A DNA stretch of 64,000 nucleotides from a virus. Numbering within the stretch: the stretch's first letter is position 1; each line of letters begins with the position of its first letter. A program made the position numbers and the translations under genes. Below the pieces are notes generated by a model. The model was not told where the DNA came from and did no database searches. It worked only from the letters and a program-made list of their open reading frames with translations. The stretch lies in IMG/VR virus record IMGVR_UViG_3300036780_000012, positions 9,589 through 73,588 of that record; one strand, written 5' to 3'. This document shows, piece by piece, positions 19,239 to 28,580 of the stretch.

Positions 19239-19802
19239 TGTAGACGTTCGATAGTGGCCGAAGCCTTGGAAGCCGTCAGCGTCCCGCTGGCCAGAGTCAG
19301 TTTTACGACCATGGCCGTTGCGGAGCCGTCAGTATCGTAAGTCTGGCAACCGCTATAATTCGAAGCCGCGCTCGTGGTAAACGTGAGCGCAGGAGCCGCA
19401 GTCCCTGTCTGAGTCAATGACAGATTAGTAGGTGTCTGAGCATTACCGTTGGAGTCCTTCCAGGTCATACTCCAACCGACTACAGCAGATGTTGCCGTCG
19501 CTACAGAGAATGTAATACACGCCCGATAGGTAACCAGCAGATGATGGCGGAGTAACGGATAGTAGACTCGTATCAGCAGCAGTCTCTGACTTCTGTAAGG
19601 TCTTACCTACAACGGTTGGATAGCAGGTAATATTGAATGCGCTTGTTAAAGTCGCACTGCATCCCGAAAGCAGGTTAATTACTGGTGGTACGCTCGACAC
19701 GACTCCAACCGAGGAGCCATTGTTATTCACTTGCAGTGTTCCACCTTGCGCGACGCAGAAGGTGGTAGCGAAAAGGAACAGGCAAGACAATAGCGTTTTC
19801 AT
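19235..19802 (-). pseudogene. exported beta-sandwich protein split by a 1-nt frameshift (or assembly error)
   Basis: Signal peptide MKTLLSCLFLFATTFCVA-Q; removing one T near 19532 joins ...TPPSSAG to TYRACITFSVATATSAVVGWSMTWKDSNG... of ORF 19235-19468. Confidence 0.65.
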
Positions 19803-21346
19803 TGCATCAACTCCTGCAGTGCATCCTTAGAACTAGCAGCACTTTTCTTAGCTTTTGCTTTCCCGTTCGGCTTGCCACCTTCTGGCTCAGGAGGATTCTC
19901 GGCTAACTCCATGCTCTGCTCGCCCTGTTCCAGCATCTGCCCATGCTGCTCCTCGGCCATACTTGCACCCGTAGTTTGGGAGGCAGACTTAATATCGTCG
20001 TCGGTTATGTTCGTCCAGCGCCCGCTGATCTTCGATAATTGCCGGAGTTCCTTTAATGCAGTCTGCGGCGAACATATACCGGCATTAAATACACCAGTTA
20101 CATTCGCAGCGTCTTGGCTGCCAATCTGCGCCTTATCATTGTCGCTCAGCACCCAAAGACTGCGAAAATCAAGAGTAAAGCCTTCAGGCAACTTAACCCC
20201 TTCGCTCTGCGCAATCGCTCGATAAATACGAGTCAGCGGAACAAGCAGCCACCTATTCTGCTGTTGTTTGATACCGTCGTAGTACGTTCGCAGATCGGAC
20301 TCACCAGTAGCATTCATACCGATAGGGGATTGACCGAAGAGGCGCGTGAGGGGAATCTGAAGCGCACCGCCTAATTGCTGTCCAAACTGAATCAGAGCAT
20401 CACTAAGGCCAGAGAATGATGGCTGAGCCATAGCCGCAAGCTCGTCCTTGCCGTCGATGAGCGTAATACCCTCAATCGACTGCAACCGCCGCATGAACTC
20501 GGTATAGCGTAATAGGTTCTGCTCGCCTGGTCCACCGTTAGCTATAATCTCTCGCATACCGTCGATCTTGTAGCAACGCAGATAAGCCTTGTAGACAAGC
20601 TGTGCCGCTCCGGTAGTGGCTGAGTCGAAAGCAACCATGCGATCATACAGGCGCTCTAGTACCGATATGCCCCAGAGGTTCTCCATTACGCGCTGCCAGT
20701 AACTTAACCGAATGCCTTCCAGTCGGAGACACCGCGAGTAATGGATTTTCTGCTTGATAACTGCGGGTGCTGTAGCGAGCACGGTGTAGAACTTAGGCAA
20801 GCCGAGATCGGGACCAAGGTCAGTTACCAAATCGTTCAGTGATGGATCAATCATCCACCGATCCAAGACTAGTAAACCCTTGAACTGATCCTTCCCGATA
20901 GTCTCCAAGCGTAGCGGCGTCTCCATCCGCTGCCCGTCAACTAGCATGACTGCAATAGCGCCACCATACAGCCTCGACCATTTCACCGTGTCCGAGATTG
21001 CCGGCCAAATCTGAAATGTATTGACCGCCCGATCCATATGCTCGATATCGTCAGGCTTAACGTCACCCCTGATATCGGCCCCAGCGCGCGTCATGTCATC
21101 AGCTACAACATCGACTGCTACGCCACCAAGCCATGAGCCGCGATGAATCCATTCGAGCAGGGTACGGATTCGGGTTATTGGATTAAACCCGTAACTCGAT
21201 GAACTTAAAAGATTGTCGGTTCCTATTCCTAAATTCGCTGCAAAATTTTGGAGAGAGTCTGCGGTCTTGTTCAAGCGCAAGTCGCGGGCTTTTTTGTCAG
21301 CAGCTAGTGCCTGTTTGACGACGCGCTTGATACTGGCTTTCGCCAT
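19799..21346 (-). CDS. portal protein (DUF1073-like)
   Basis: DSL.NF...LG, W.....VD.VADDMTR.G, RLYGG, IH.SR, WG.S.L, IP.TRLFGQSP.G.NATGESD...YYD motifs. Confidence 0.93.
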   Translation of the reverse strand: MAKASIKRVVKQALAADKKARDLRLNKTADSLQNFAANLGIGTDNLLSSSSYGFNPITRIRTLLEWIHRGSWLGGVAVDVVADDMTRAGADIRGDVKPDDIEHMDRAVNTFQIWPAISDTVKWSRLYGGAIAVMLVDGQRMETPLRLETIGKDQFKGLLVLDRWMIDPSLNDLVTDLGPDLGLPKFYTVLATAPAVIKQKIHYSRCLRLEGIRLSYWQRVMENLWGISVLERLYDRMVAFDSATTGAAQLVYKAYLRCYKIDGMREIIANGGPGEQNLLRYTEFMRRLQSIEGITLIDGKDELAAMAQPSFSGLSDALIQFGQQLGGALQIPLTRLFGQSPIGMNATGESDLRTYYDGIKQQQNRWLLVPLTRIYRAIAQSEGVKLPEGFTLDFRSLWVLSDNDKAQIGSQDAANVTGVFNAGICSPQTALKELRQLSKISGRWTNITDDDIKSASQTTGASMAEEQHGQMLEQGEQSMELAENPPEPEGGKPNGKAKAKKSAASSKDALQELMQ

Positions 21347-21924
21347 TATGCCGCCACCTTGCGGATCATTTGCCACTCTTCCATGGTTCTAGCGCCCTTA
21401 CTTTGATTACAGGGGGGACAGAGTAACTGTAGATTGCTAGGCCAGTTCGAACCGCCTCTCGCTATAGCAAGAATGTGATCAACATGATACTTAGGACTTA
21501 GGTTGGATGGACAAGCCGCACAGATCCCTTTCTGTTTCTGGAATAAAGCGATAATATCTTGTGGGCTGTGCCGACCTCCTACTAACCGTTTTCTTGCTCG
21601 ACGATTGCGAACGAGAACTGCTGCCTTAAGACGTTTCCCTACGATATCACGCTCCCTAGACCTAACTTCCTGTTGTCGAACTTTATCGCGATTAGCTCGT
21701 TTCCATTCACGATTAGCAGCAATGCGTTTTGCTTTGTCTTTTCTGTAGTGCAGTTTAAGATATTCTCGACAATCGCGAACTCTCCCCTTTTCGCGTTCAT
21801 GTTTGCAGCTTACACATGTCTTTGTAGAGATGATACGTTCGCATACATGGCCGCGCTTGCATGGTATACCAGTGAAATAGCGAGTCGGAGAAATGAATGC
21901 AGAAGCAGGAGTCTTGGCACTCAT
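21346..21924 (-). CDS. HNH homing endonuclease
   Basis: N-terminal YFTG.PC.RGH...R....C..C; C-terminal C..C...HVDH....RGGSN...NLQLLC..CN.SKG. Confidence 0.88.
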   Translation of the reverse strand: MSAKTPASAFISPTRYFTGIPCKRGHVCERIISTKTCVSCKHEREKGRVRDCREYLKLHYRKDKAKRIAANREWKRANRDKVRQQEVRSRERDIVGKRLKAAVLVRNRRARKRLVGGRHSPQDIIALFQKQKGICAACPSNLSPKYHVDHILAIARGGSNWPSNLQLLCPPCNQSKGARTMEEWQMIRKVAA

Positions 21925-22139
21925 GAGAAGTTCCTTCCTCGCCACCGTCTCGATGCTCTACGCGGCAAATGAATCGCCTTGTCTCCTACTTCAACTGCAG
22001 GCTGCTTCATCTTAAACGTCACGCTTTTAGCTCCAACATGTACGCTATCTGCATTCTCTGCCGCTACTGGCTTCCATTGCGCATCATTGTCCTTCTGCAT
22101 CTCGCCAACCGTGCGACCCACTGGCTTAAAGTTACTCAT
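21921..22139 (-). CDS. small hypothetical protein
   Basis: ORF coupled to terminase; xxD motifs. Confidence 0.45.
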   Translation of the reverse strand: MSNFKPVGRTVGEMQKDNDAQWKPVAAENADSVHVGAKSVTFKMKQPAVEVGDKAIHLPRRASRRWRGRNFS

Positions 22140-23716
22140 AAGCGCGCCCAGACATCTAATGCCTTACCTTCACCGCCGAGCCAGATGGCCGCTTGGGTCA
22201 TCATGTCCACCTGATCGTCATGCGCTGCCGTGGGAAACATAGTAACTTCATCGACAAACGATGGGCACCAGGCTGCATTACGTTCAATGTACCAATCTCC
22301 GGCTTGCCATTCAGGAGCTGCTGCGAACATGCGAGCTACCTTGCCGCCCTCCGGCTCAATTTCGATTACTCCTGTAGTGTCCTTCTTGAGTGCTTGGATT
22401 ACAGCGGGTCCATTGGCTTTGTCTTCCACGATTACCGCTGTCGCTTGAGGAAAGCGTAAACGCTGATTCTTGATCTCTAGAACCGTACCCTGCATATCGA
22501 GATGTTCTCTTACGACATTCAGGATGTAGCGCTTACGCCCTCGCACCCCTATTACGCCAATACAAACGTAATCCGAAGTCTTCAGGTCTTTGAATGAGCA
22601 ATCAACAGAAAGAAATACACGACTGAATGCTGGGCTGGGAACGTCACCGGGACGCGGCAGTTTTTCATCTGGGAGGCCAGTTAGCGGATCGATGCCACCA
22701 TAGTATCTCACCTCCGCCCGCTTAATCATATTCCCTTCAAGCGGTGCAGGGCGTTGCTGATACTGCCCAGCATAGACCAGTCGATTACGTTTCTTTTCCT
22801 CAACAATGGCCGGAGGGAACCTATCAGGCTGGAGAACGTCTCCCTTTAATCTCAAGTGAACTTTTCCGCTAATCGGGTAGATATATTCTTTATCTTCCTC
22901 AGCCACTAGCGGAATCACAATCTCCGTCCAAGCGCCAGGATCTTCTACTGAGACAAATCCGGCAGTATCCATCTCGTGAAGCCGCTGCATAATCAAGATG
23001 ATTGAAGCTGTAGCCGGATCATTTAGACGTTGCTTAAGCGTATTCGTAATCCAGCGATTCGCTGCTGTTCGTTCCGTGTCCGACAACGACTGCTCAGACG
23101 ACATAGGATCATCGAGAATTGCAATATCGCCCCCACGTCCTTCAGCGCCACTCCCGGTAGAGGTAGCAATCATTTGCCCCATTTTGCTGTTCGAGAACTG
23201 CGTCGTGAGATTACGGTCGGGAGCGAGTTGAAACTTGTCTGCCCATAAGCCTTGAAAGAAATTGCTACTAATCAGGTTCCTGCGCCCTACCGAGTGGTCG
23301 GTGGATAGCGAGTTTGAATATGAGGCACAGAGAAATGAAAGCGATGGATTCTGAAGCCACGCCCAACAAGGGAATGAAATTGTAGCGAGGCTGGACTTAG
23401 CGGTACGAGGCGGAACATTGATCTTCAGTCGTCGCAGTTTCTTCTGAATCACTAATTGCAGATGCTCGCAGATGTAATCGTAATGCCATGACCAACGCAA
23501 TTCACGACCAGGCTCGATCACCTTCCATGCCGCTTTAAAGAAGGCCGAAAGGTTAGTCTCCATTACGATCTTGTCGATATCCGAGATAGGCGAGGCCGCT
23601 GGTGTTTCTGCTTTAATCTCAGACACTAACTGCAATACAAGCGAAAGCTCATGCTCAGTCATAACTGGCATAAGCCGTTTTATCTTATCGACCGGAATTG
23701 CGTACGCGGCACTCAA
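22136..23716 (-). CDS. terL: terminase large subunit
   Basis: INVPPRTAKS (Walker A variant), ILDDP (Walker B), YQQRP, SVDCSFK, IVEDKANG, HDDQVD nuclease motifs. Confidence 0.95.
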   Translation of the reverse strand: MSAAYAIPVDKIKRLMPVMTEHELSLVLQLVSEIKAETPAASPISDIDKIVMETNLSAFFKAAWKVIEPGRELRWSWHYDYICEHLQLVIQKKLRRLKINVPPRTAKSSLATISFPCWAWLQNPSLSFLCASYSNSLSTDHSVGRRNLISSNFFQGLWADKFQLAPDRNLTTQFSNSKMGQMIATSTGSGAEGRGGDIAILDDPMSSEQSLSDTERTAANRWITNTLKQRLNDPATASIILIMQRLHEMDTAGFVSVEDPGAWTEIVIPLVAEEDKEYIYPISGKVHLRLKGDVLQPDRFPPAIVEEKKRNRLVYAGQYQQRPAPLEGNMIKRAEVRYYGGIDPLTGLPDEKLPRPGDVPSPAFSRVFLSVDCSFKDLKTSDYVCIGVIGVRGRKRYILNVVREHLDMQGTVLEIKNQRLRFPQATAVIVEDKANGPAVIQALKKDTTGVIEIEPEGGKVARMFAAAPEWQAGDWYIERNAAWCPSFVDEVTMFPTAAHDDQVDMMTQAAIWLGGEGKALDVWARL

Positions 23717-24048
23717 TTTGGTTTCTGCTGCCCCTCATCAGGTAAGCGAGTTATTACTTGCTCTAACAATTGATCCAGAGCATTTTTCTTTTCCTCGCTC
23801 GTACTCATACGCATAGGGCCACCATTAGGCCCACTAAGTTCGTAAGATTTCGTCGGCGTACCAAACCCGTAAGACAGCACTACTTCAGCAGCCCCGCGTC
23901 GGTCTGTTTCTTTAACCTTCGGGTTTCTAGCCATTCGCATCAGGATTTCGATACACTCCGGCCCATATCGCTGAGCGATAGGCTTGATAAATTCCGTCGC
24001 CTTATTTTTAGCTCCGAGCGGACGGCCCTTTTTTCTTTCAACTAGCAT
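23713..24048 (-). CDS. terS: terminase small subunit
   Basis: GRP.GAKNK.T start, AAEVVL..GFG.P, ELSGPNGGP; overlaps terL start. Confidence 0.75.
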   Translation of the reverse strand: MLVERKKGRPLGAKNKATEFIKPIAQRYGPECIEILMRMARNPKVKETDRRGAAEVVLSYGFGTPTKSYELSGPNGGPMRMSTSEEKKNALDQLLEQVITRLPDEGQQKPN

Positions 24049-24106
24049 TTGGTTATTATTTTATCCACCTAACTTATTACGGTTTAAGCACTTGTAGGCT
24101 TTTCGT

Positions 24107-24325
24107 TCATTTCGCGGTGGTACTCACGGCCTTCGTCGCCGAAATCAGATGACATGATCGACTAGACGCTCTGTCAATAGTTACCGAGCCGTCAGCATGA
24201 TGCCTAATTGAAGGCGCGACATACTCATATCCAAGAGGGCAGTTTACCTTAATCGTTCCACCGGGAACGATGATAGAGATGCTCTCCGGTTCTACCCACT
24301 CAAGTTGCTTGATGTCTTGACTCAT
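24107..24325 (-). CDS. hypothetical protein
   Basis: ORF with GGAGG SD. Confidence 0.45.
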   Translation of the reverse strand: MSQDIKQLEWVEPESISIIVPGGTIKVNCPLGYEYVAPSIRHHADGSVTIDRASSRSCHLISATKAVSTTAK

Positions 24326-24565
24326 CTACTTTCCTCCCGTCGTCGTTACAGCCTTCGTCGCCTGCTGCGTCTGCGCCCACCGCGTAAACCAGGAGAATAG
24401 AGCCTTGCCAATGAAAGCTAGTAAAGCGTATAGCCCAGCCTTGTTAGTGGGTACACCGCCGCCCCAAGAAGTTAAAGCAGCAATCAAGGCAGCTACTAAA
24501 CCTTGGATAAACGAGTGGAAAGCGGTCGAGGTATTGTACTTGTTAAATATCCACTTCAATATCAT
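24326..24565 (-). CDS. two-TM membrane protein (holin-like candidate)
   Basis: Two hydrophobic segments, basic C-terminus. Confidence 0.5.
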   Translation of the reverse strand: MILKWIFNKYNTSTAFHSFIQGLVAALIAALTSWGGGVPTNKAGLYALLAFIGKALFSWFTRWAQTQQATKAVTTTGGK

Positions 24566-24686
24566 TCCTTCTCCTCATCGCTTCCATGATCTACTTTCGT
24601 CTTTCGCCGCGTTCCCTTCTCGCTTTTCCACTTCAACCACTCACGCCAGACTATAACCAGCCAGCGCGTTTTCAAGTCATCCCAAC

Positions 24687-24911
24687 TTAGCGGTTCCACC
24701 AAGGCGCGTTTGGTAACCGAGTAGTCAAGTCCTTCAAGGCTATCTCATTCCGCTTACAGTAGTCCTGAATAAGAATCTCATGCTCCCGCGCGAAATAATC
24801 GAAAGCTTTTTGGATATGCGAGGACAGTTGCGAGAGTCTCCATAGACCGCCAAGGATAACAATGCCTTGAATCAACAATCCCAGTATAAGTGCAATGAGT
24901 CCGATACTCAC
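24687..24911 (-). CDS. single-TM membrane protein
   Basis: N-terminal hydrophobic helix. Confidence 0.5.
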   Translation of the reverse strand: MSIGLIALILGLLIQGIVILGGLWRLSQLSSHIQKAFDYFAREHEILIQDYCKRNEIALKDLTTRLPNAPWWNR

Positions 24912-25137
24912 GGCGGCAGAGGGCGTTCGAGGTCAAATAATTCCTTTAGAACTCCTAGTGTAACTGCACGCTTTAACGGCTCTGGAGCGGCATGGCAAGC
25001 AAAGCAATAACGATCTCGATTAGGACGCACGAACAGATACCCGCACGCTTCGCAAATCTTTAGTGTTACCACGATTGCGCTAGGCGATAGCGAAGGCTGA
25101 CCAGCGCCTAAGTAGCGGTTAATCGTTAACGAGGCGC

Positions 25138-25350
25138 TCACCGTGCTCCCATTCGAAAGATAGGCCAGCGCCAATGCATCATCAGATCAGCACGGCCACG
25201 CAGATACAGTTTGCGGTAGATCAGTTGAGCGTAGTTAGACTTCAAATTCTTGTGGCTCATGCCGACTACCTTGCATAACTCACGTAGCGGTTCGGTCCGC
25301 GTAGCCAGCGCCTCAGCTACTTCGTACTCGCGAGGCGTAAGCACGCTCAT
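25138..25350 (-). CDS. LuxR-type HTH protein
   Basis: LTPRE.EV...LA......EL...GMS....K......IY.KL....R..L. Confidence 0.75.
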   Translation of the reverse strand: MSVLTPREYEVAEALATRTEPLRELCKVVGMSHKNLKSNYAQLIYRKLYLRGRADLMMHWRWPIFRMGAR

Positions 25351-25436
25351 ACGAATAACATCTCCTCTTCGCGCTTAACACGAAGCATCACAGCGAACAC
25401 TAGGACCAAGGTAGCGGCAATGACTAGATAGCGCAT

Positions 25437-25471
25437 AAAACATGAAGGGCCGGAAGCGAAGCTCCCAGCCC
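25437..25471 (-). terminator. intrinsic terminator-like hairpin
   Basis: GGGCUGGGAGC-UUC-GCUUCCGGCCC followed by UUCAUGUUUU on minus strand. Confidence 0.6.
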
Positions 25472-25569
25472 ATTTTAAATAAGGTGAATCCTCATCATCA
25501 CTGCGCTAAGCGTTACGGACCATATTGTCCTCCGTTGTTTTGAAACAATCCCAAGAGAAACGCAAGACA

Positions 25570-25598
25570 AGTTTACGCCCGTGGCTACACGAAGTAAA
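25570..25598 (-). promoter_or_regulatory. sigma70-type promoter
   Basis: TTTACT-N17-TAAACT with AT-rich upstream AAAATTAATT. Confidence 0.6.
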
Positions 25599-25611
25599 GA
25601 ATTAATTTTCG

Positions 25612-25950
25612 CTAGACGGAGCATGTTCTCTGATCCTTGCACGGCCAGCGCCCGTAATTGAAGTCTGCCCCGTCTGGGTAATCTGCTCGCGCCTTCGCTA
25701 TCCGAGTTGTATCTTCGTATGTAACCTTTACGGCTAGGTCAACAATAGAACGGCCCCGAATGCGCTTTCGCACATGGGGCCATGGCTCGCGAGAGGTTTG
25801 AATCAGGTAGGTTCGGCAGTCCGACCAGCGCACGGCATAGCAGGCTAGCGCTAAAAGCGTAAGCGCCTTGCCAGCGAAATGGGGAGGGCTGGGCAAAGCG
25901 CTTAAGTCTACGCTTCGGGGGAAAACTGGGATTTTATTATTCGCGGACAA
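25612..25950 (-). CDS. hypothetical protein
   Basis: ORF track; TTG start. Confidence 0.4.
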   Translation of the reverse strand: MSANNKIPVFPRSVDLSALPSPPHFAGKALTLLALACYAVRWSDCRTYLIQTSREPWPHVRKRIRGRSIVDLAVKVTYEDTTRIAKARADYPDGADFNYGRWPCKDQRTCSV

Positions 25951-26057
25951 AGCGTTGCGAAACGCTTACTTCGTACCAAAACAGAACGCCCTATGCAGGT
26001 AACCCGCTGTTCTGGCCTACGAGCCTGCTCATCGCAGGAGTCAAGTTGTGAGGTTCC

Positions 26058-26216
26058 TTACCGAAAATGTTGCGACAGACCGCTCGATCCCAAAAGCAAA
26101 CTCAAAAAGTAACAAGCTAGCGACAGCCAGCCTAACGACCACCTTGGAGCTCCAACATTGAATCCAGCAAGACATGCGAGCACGAACGCGAATACTAAAA
26201 GAATTACTGAAATCAT
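26058..26216 (-). CDS. small two-TM membrane protein (52 aa)
   Basis: Hand-translated MISVILLVFAFVLACLAGFNVGAPRWSLGWLSLACYFLSLLLGSSGLSQHFR; GGAGG SD; AT-rich promoter-like region upstream. Confidence 0.7.
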   Translation of the reverse strand: MISVILLVFAFVLACLAGFNVGAPRWSLGWLSLACYFLSLLLGSSGLSQHFR

Positions 26217-26463
26217 TCAGTGCCTCCGTGCTTACGATAATAGTTATATTACGAGAGTAAACATTTGTACAGAATATTTTTTCGGTCTAATTTTGACTAA
26301 TCCTTCCTGATCACCGCCGCATACTCCTCGACCTGCGTTCCTGAGTTCACCGTGACCGGCAACCATACGCCGAGCTTCGAGCACCAGTACTTATCGCCAG
26401 CCATAGCCGATCCTGAGGTTACTTGATACCAGCCGCGAAGGATTAGGCGGATATTGTGAGTAC

Positions 26464-26628
26464 TCATGCAGCCCTCATGTATTCGCGTATAGTTTTGTCC
26501 AATTTTGGACTGCGGACAAAAATCGGTCTTTTGCGCGCCATCCAGAGGGCATTAGCCAGCAAGCATCGACGGCACTTGCTATGCTCTTTTGCCCTCTGGC
26601 GCTGACAGTTTGGATTCGAACATTTCAT
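26464..26628 (-). CDS. small Cys4 protein (54 aa)
   Basis: Hand-translated MKCSNPNCQRQRAKEHSKCRRCLL...RSPKLDKTIREYMRAA; contains a palindrome copy. Confidence 0.55.
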   Translation of the reverse strand: MKCSNPNCQRQRAKEHSKCRRCLLANALWMARKRPIFVRSPKLDKTIREYMRAA

Positions 26629-27045
26629 TTAGTGAAGTACCGGAGCGTCTACGGTAACCTCTGCTGAGGTTCCATTCTCGCCAACGCTTGTCGTAGTAAT
26701 TTCCGGCTCTGGCGGTGGGAAGTCCGTTGCCTTCTGCGTTGTTTTCTTCTTTGCTGGCAGTTCGCCAATCTTGACTTTCACCTTCTCATCTACGGCCTGT
26801 ACCCAGCAATGAACGTCTGCATGATGGTATTCGGTTTTCTTGTGCTTCTTCATCAACAGTAGAAGATCGTCATTCAATTCGCCTTCTTGTTTCGTCAGGT
26901 CCATGCGCTGATCGCGGATATCGGCATACTCTTCCGCTTTCTCTTCAAGTTCGGCTAGCGCACGATCTTCCATTCCGGACAGCGTTCCCTGTTTCGGACC
27001 TTTCTTCGCTTTCTTCTCAGTCGTTTTCTTTGCTTTTGGTGGCAT
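26629..27045 (-). CDS. basic coiled-coil protein, putative DNA-binding
   Basis: MPPKAKKTTEKKAKK start; coiled coil. Confidence 0.55.
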   Translation of the reverse strand: MPPKAKKTTEKKAKKGPKQGTLSGMEDRALAELEEKAEEYADIRDQRMDLTKQEGELNDDLLLLMKKHKKTEYHHADVHCWVQAVDEKVKVKIGELPAKKKTTQKATDFPPPEPEITTTSVGENGTSAEVTVDAPVLH

Positions 27046-27205
27046 AGTTTTCCTCGCTTGAAATATCTCCCGTATGCAGAACCTCTCAGCTTTGCTAATG
27101 GGGCTACGGGGGACCCGGAGGTAGGCTGTTTTGGCACCCGCAACTTCCTACCCGCCACTCTTTACTACGATTCCTCCGCTTGTTAGGCAGAGTGTGCCAA
27201 CGCTT

Positions 27206-27739
27206 TTACGCCGCGCTCTCGCTGATCGTGAAACCAGCCGGACTGCTGTCCGAGGTCACATCAATTGCATTGGCTGCGGTACTGATTGTCGCTCCGTTGG
27301 TCAAAGTATCCGAGAACGTTACCACGATTCCCGTAGCATCGACGGGAGGCTGTGGAACGGTACTCAGGAATACGAGGCCGGTTGTATCAGGCAGACGCGG
27401 AGGATTCGCTGTCGGATCGCCAGGGTCTTGTACTGGATTGGTCAACGAAGCAGGCGCACTGCTTGTTCCGGTAATTGGCCCACTACCGCTCGGCAGCGCA
27501 ACCGGATTGCCTGCCGCATTGACTGGCTGGAGCGTAAACAGAACACCTTTGCCATCGTCAAGAATATCGAAGTCAACTGTTGCTTTTGCTTTTGCCATTT
27601 TCTTTTCTCCTGTGCTGATTGATACTACATTTTCGGTTATGTTGAATTTAACTGGATCGAGGAAGAACTCGCGGATTAACCGGAGATCGTGCCCTATCTT
27701 CTCCAGCGCTTCCGCGATGCGCCATAGTTGTTCTGGCAC
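27206..27739 (-). CDS. Ig-like beta-rich hypothetical protein
   Basis: L.PV.A.GNPV motif; Pro/Thr/Ser-rich; internal start MAKAKA possible. Confidence 0.5.
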   Translation of the reverse strand: MPEQLWRIAEALEKIGHDLRLIREFFLDPVKFNITENVVSISTGEKKMAKAKATVDFDILDDGKGVLFTLQPVNAAGNPVALPSGSGPITGTSSAPASLTNPVQDPGDPTANPPRLPDTTGLVFLSTVPQPPVDATGIVVTFSDTLTNGATISTAANAIDVTSDSSPAGFTISESAA

Positions 27740-27747
27740 CTTACCTC

Positions 27748-28479
27748 CTAGGCCGCTTTCTCGCTAGCCTTTGCTTCGGAAAACTTCACGCCGTCCCAGC
27801 CATCCTCGCTGTACGCCTTACGAGCCGCACCGTTCATAACCATGCCGTTGTGCTTCTTCATCTTAAACTTATCGAAGGTTGCAAGCGGCACGGCATAGCC
27901 CTGATCGAGTTTCCCTTTGATGCGAATCGTCGCACAAATGGCTACAGGCAAATCGTTTGCCTTAGCGAATTCTTGCGCAGCATCAAGTCGCTTCTGGGAA
28001 AGTTGCAACCATTGGCCCCGAGCCTCAACGCCGCGCTCATAGTTTACCTGGTGCCAGATGACAGCCGCTTTCCTGCCAAACAGGAGAGCAGTGTAGACGT
28101 TAGGAGTCTCTGTCGGAGTCAGTTCGACTTCCCGCTCAGGCTTCGCAAAGGGGTGATCAACGCGAGGATTCGCAGACTTGCTCGGCTTTTTCTCTTTGGA
28201 TTTCTTCGCAGCCTTGGGCGCTTTCTCTTTCTTAGCCTTCGGCTCTTTCTTGGCTTTAACTTTCTTCGCCTTCGTCACAGTTTCCTCCACTTCCTCGTCG
28301 CTGGCGACTTCTACGCCGCGTTCAATTGATTCAAGCACCAGTTCTGCCCGATTCTCAATGTCCGGGTTGGCTAGAGCCTGCACATGTTTCTTGTAAATCT
28401 CTTTGGCTTTTGCGATTGTGCAACCACGCCGTTCTTGAATCTTTCCAGCGGCTTCTAAATCAAAATAATTGAACTCCAA
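27748..28479 (-). CDS. protein with histone H1-like Lys/Ala-rich linker
   Basis: KAKKVKAKKEPKAKKEKAPKAAKKSKEKK; TTG start after GGAGG; own promoter. Confidence 0.6.
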   Translation of the reverse strand: MEFNYFDLEAAGKIQERRGCTIAKAKEIYKKHVQALANPDIENRAELVLESIERGVEVASDEEVEETVTKAKKVKAKKEPKAKKEKAPKAAKKSKEKKPSKSANPRVDHPFAKPEREVELTPTETPNVYTALLFGRKAAVIWHQVNYERGVEARGQWLQLSQKRLDAAQEFAKANDLPVAICATIRIKGKLDQGYAVPLATFDKFKMKKHNGMVMNGAARKAYSEDGWDGVKFSEAKASEKAA

Positions 28480-28514
28480 GACTTCCTCCGTGATGGCTAA
28501 CCCATCTGGTGAAC

Positions 28515-28542
28515 ACCGTAGCATAATGCATCACGATGTCAA
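28515..28542 (-). promoter_or_regulatory. sigma70-type promoter
   Basis: TTGACA-N16-TACGGT with extended -10 TG. Confidence 0.5.
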
Positions 28543-28580
28543 TAACTTTTATCTTTGTGGAGTGAATGACTTGCAGAGTG

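Noticed and set aside
19799-21346. Anti-CBASS Acb1 label sometimes attached to DUF1073 proteins
   Set aside because: Position and motifs show a portal; no HxT/S phosphodiesterase domain seen
26612-26621. GTTCGAATCC (tRNA T-loop-like) on the minus strand
   Set aside because: No acceptor, D or anticodon arms; it encodes the start of a 54-aa ORF (MKCSNP)
27050-27200. TPP-riboswitch-like words (GGGTGCC, CTGAGA) in an intergenic leader
   Set aside because: Remaining conserved core (CCUGAU, AGCG-GGGA architecture) not found; needs Infernal
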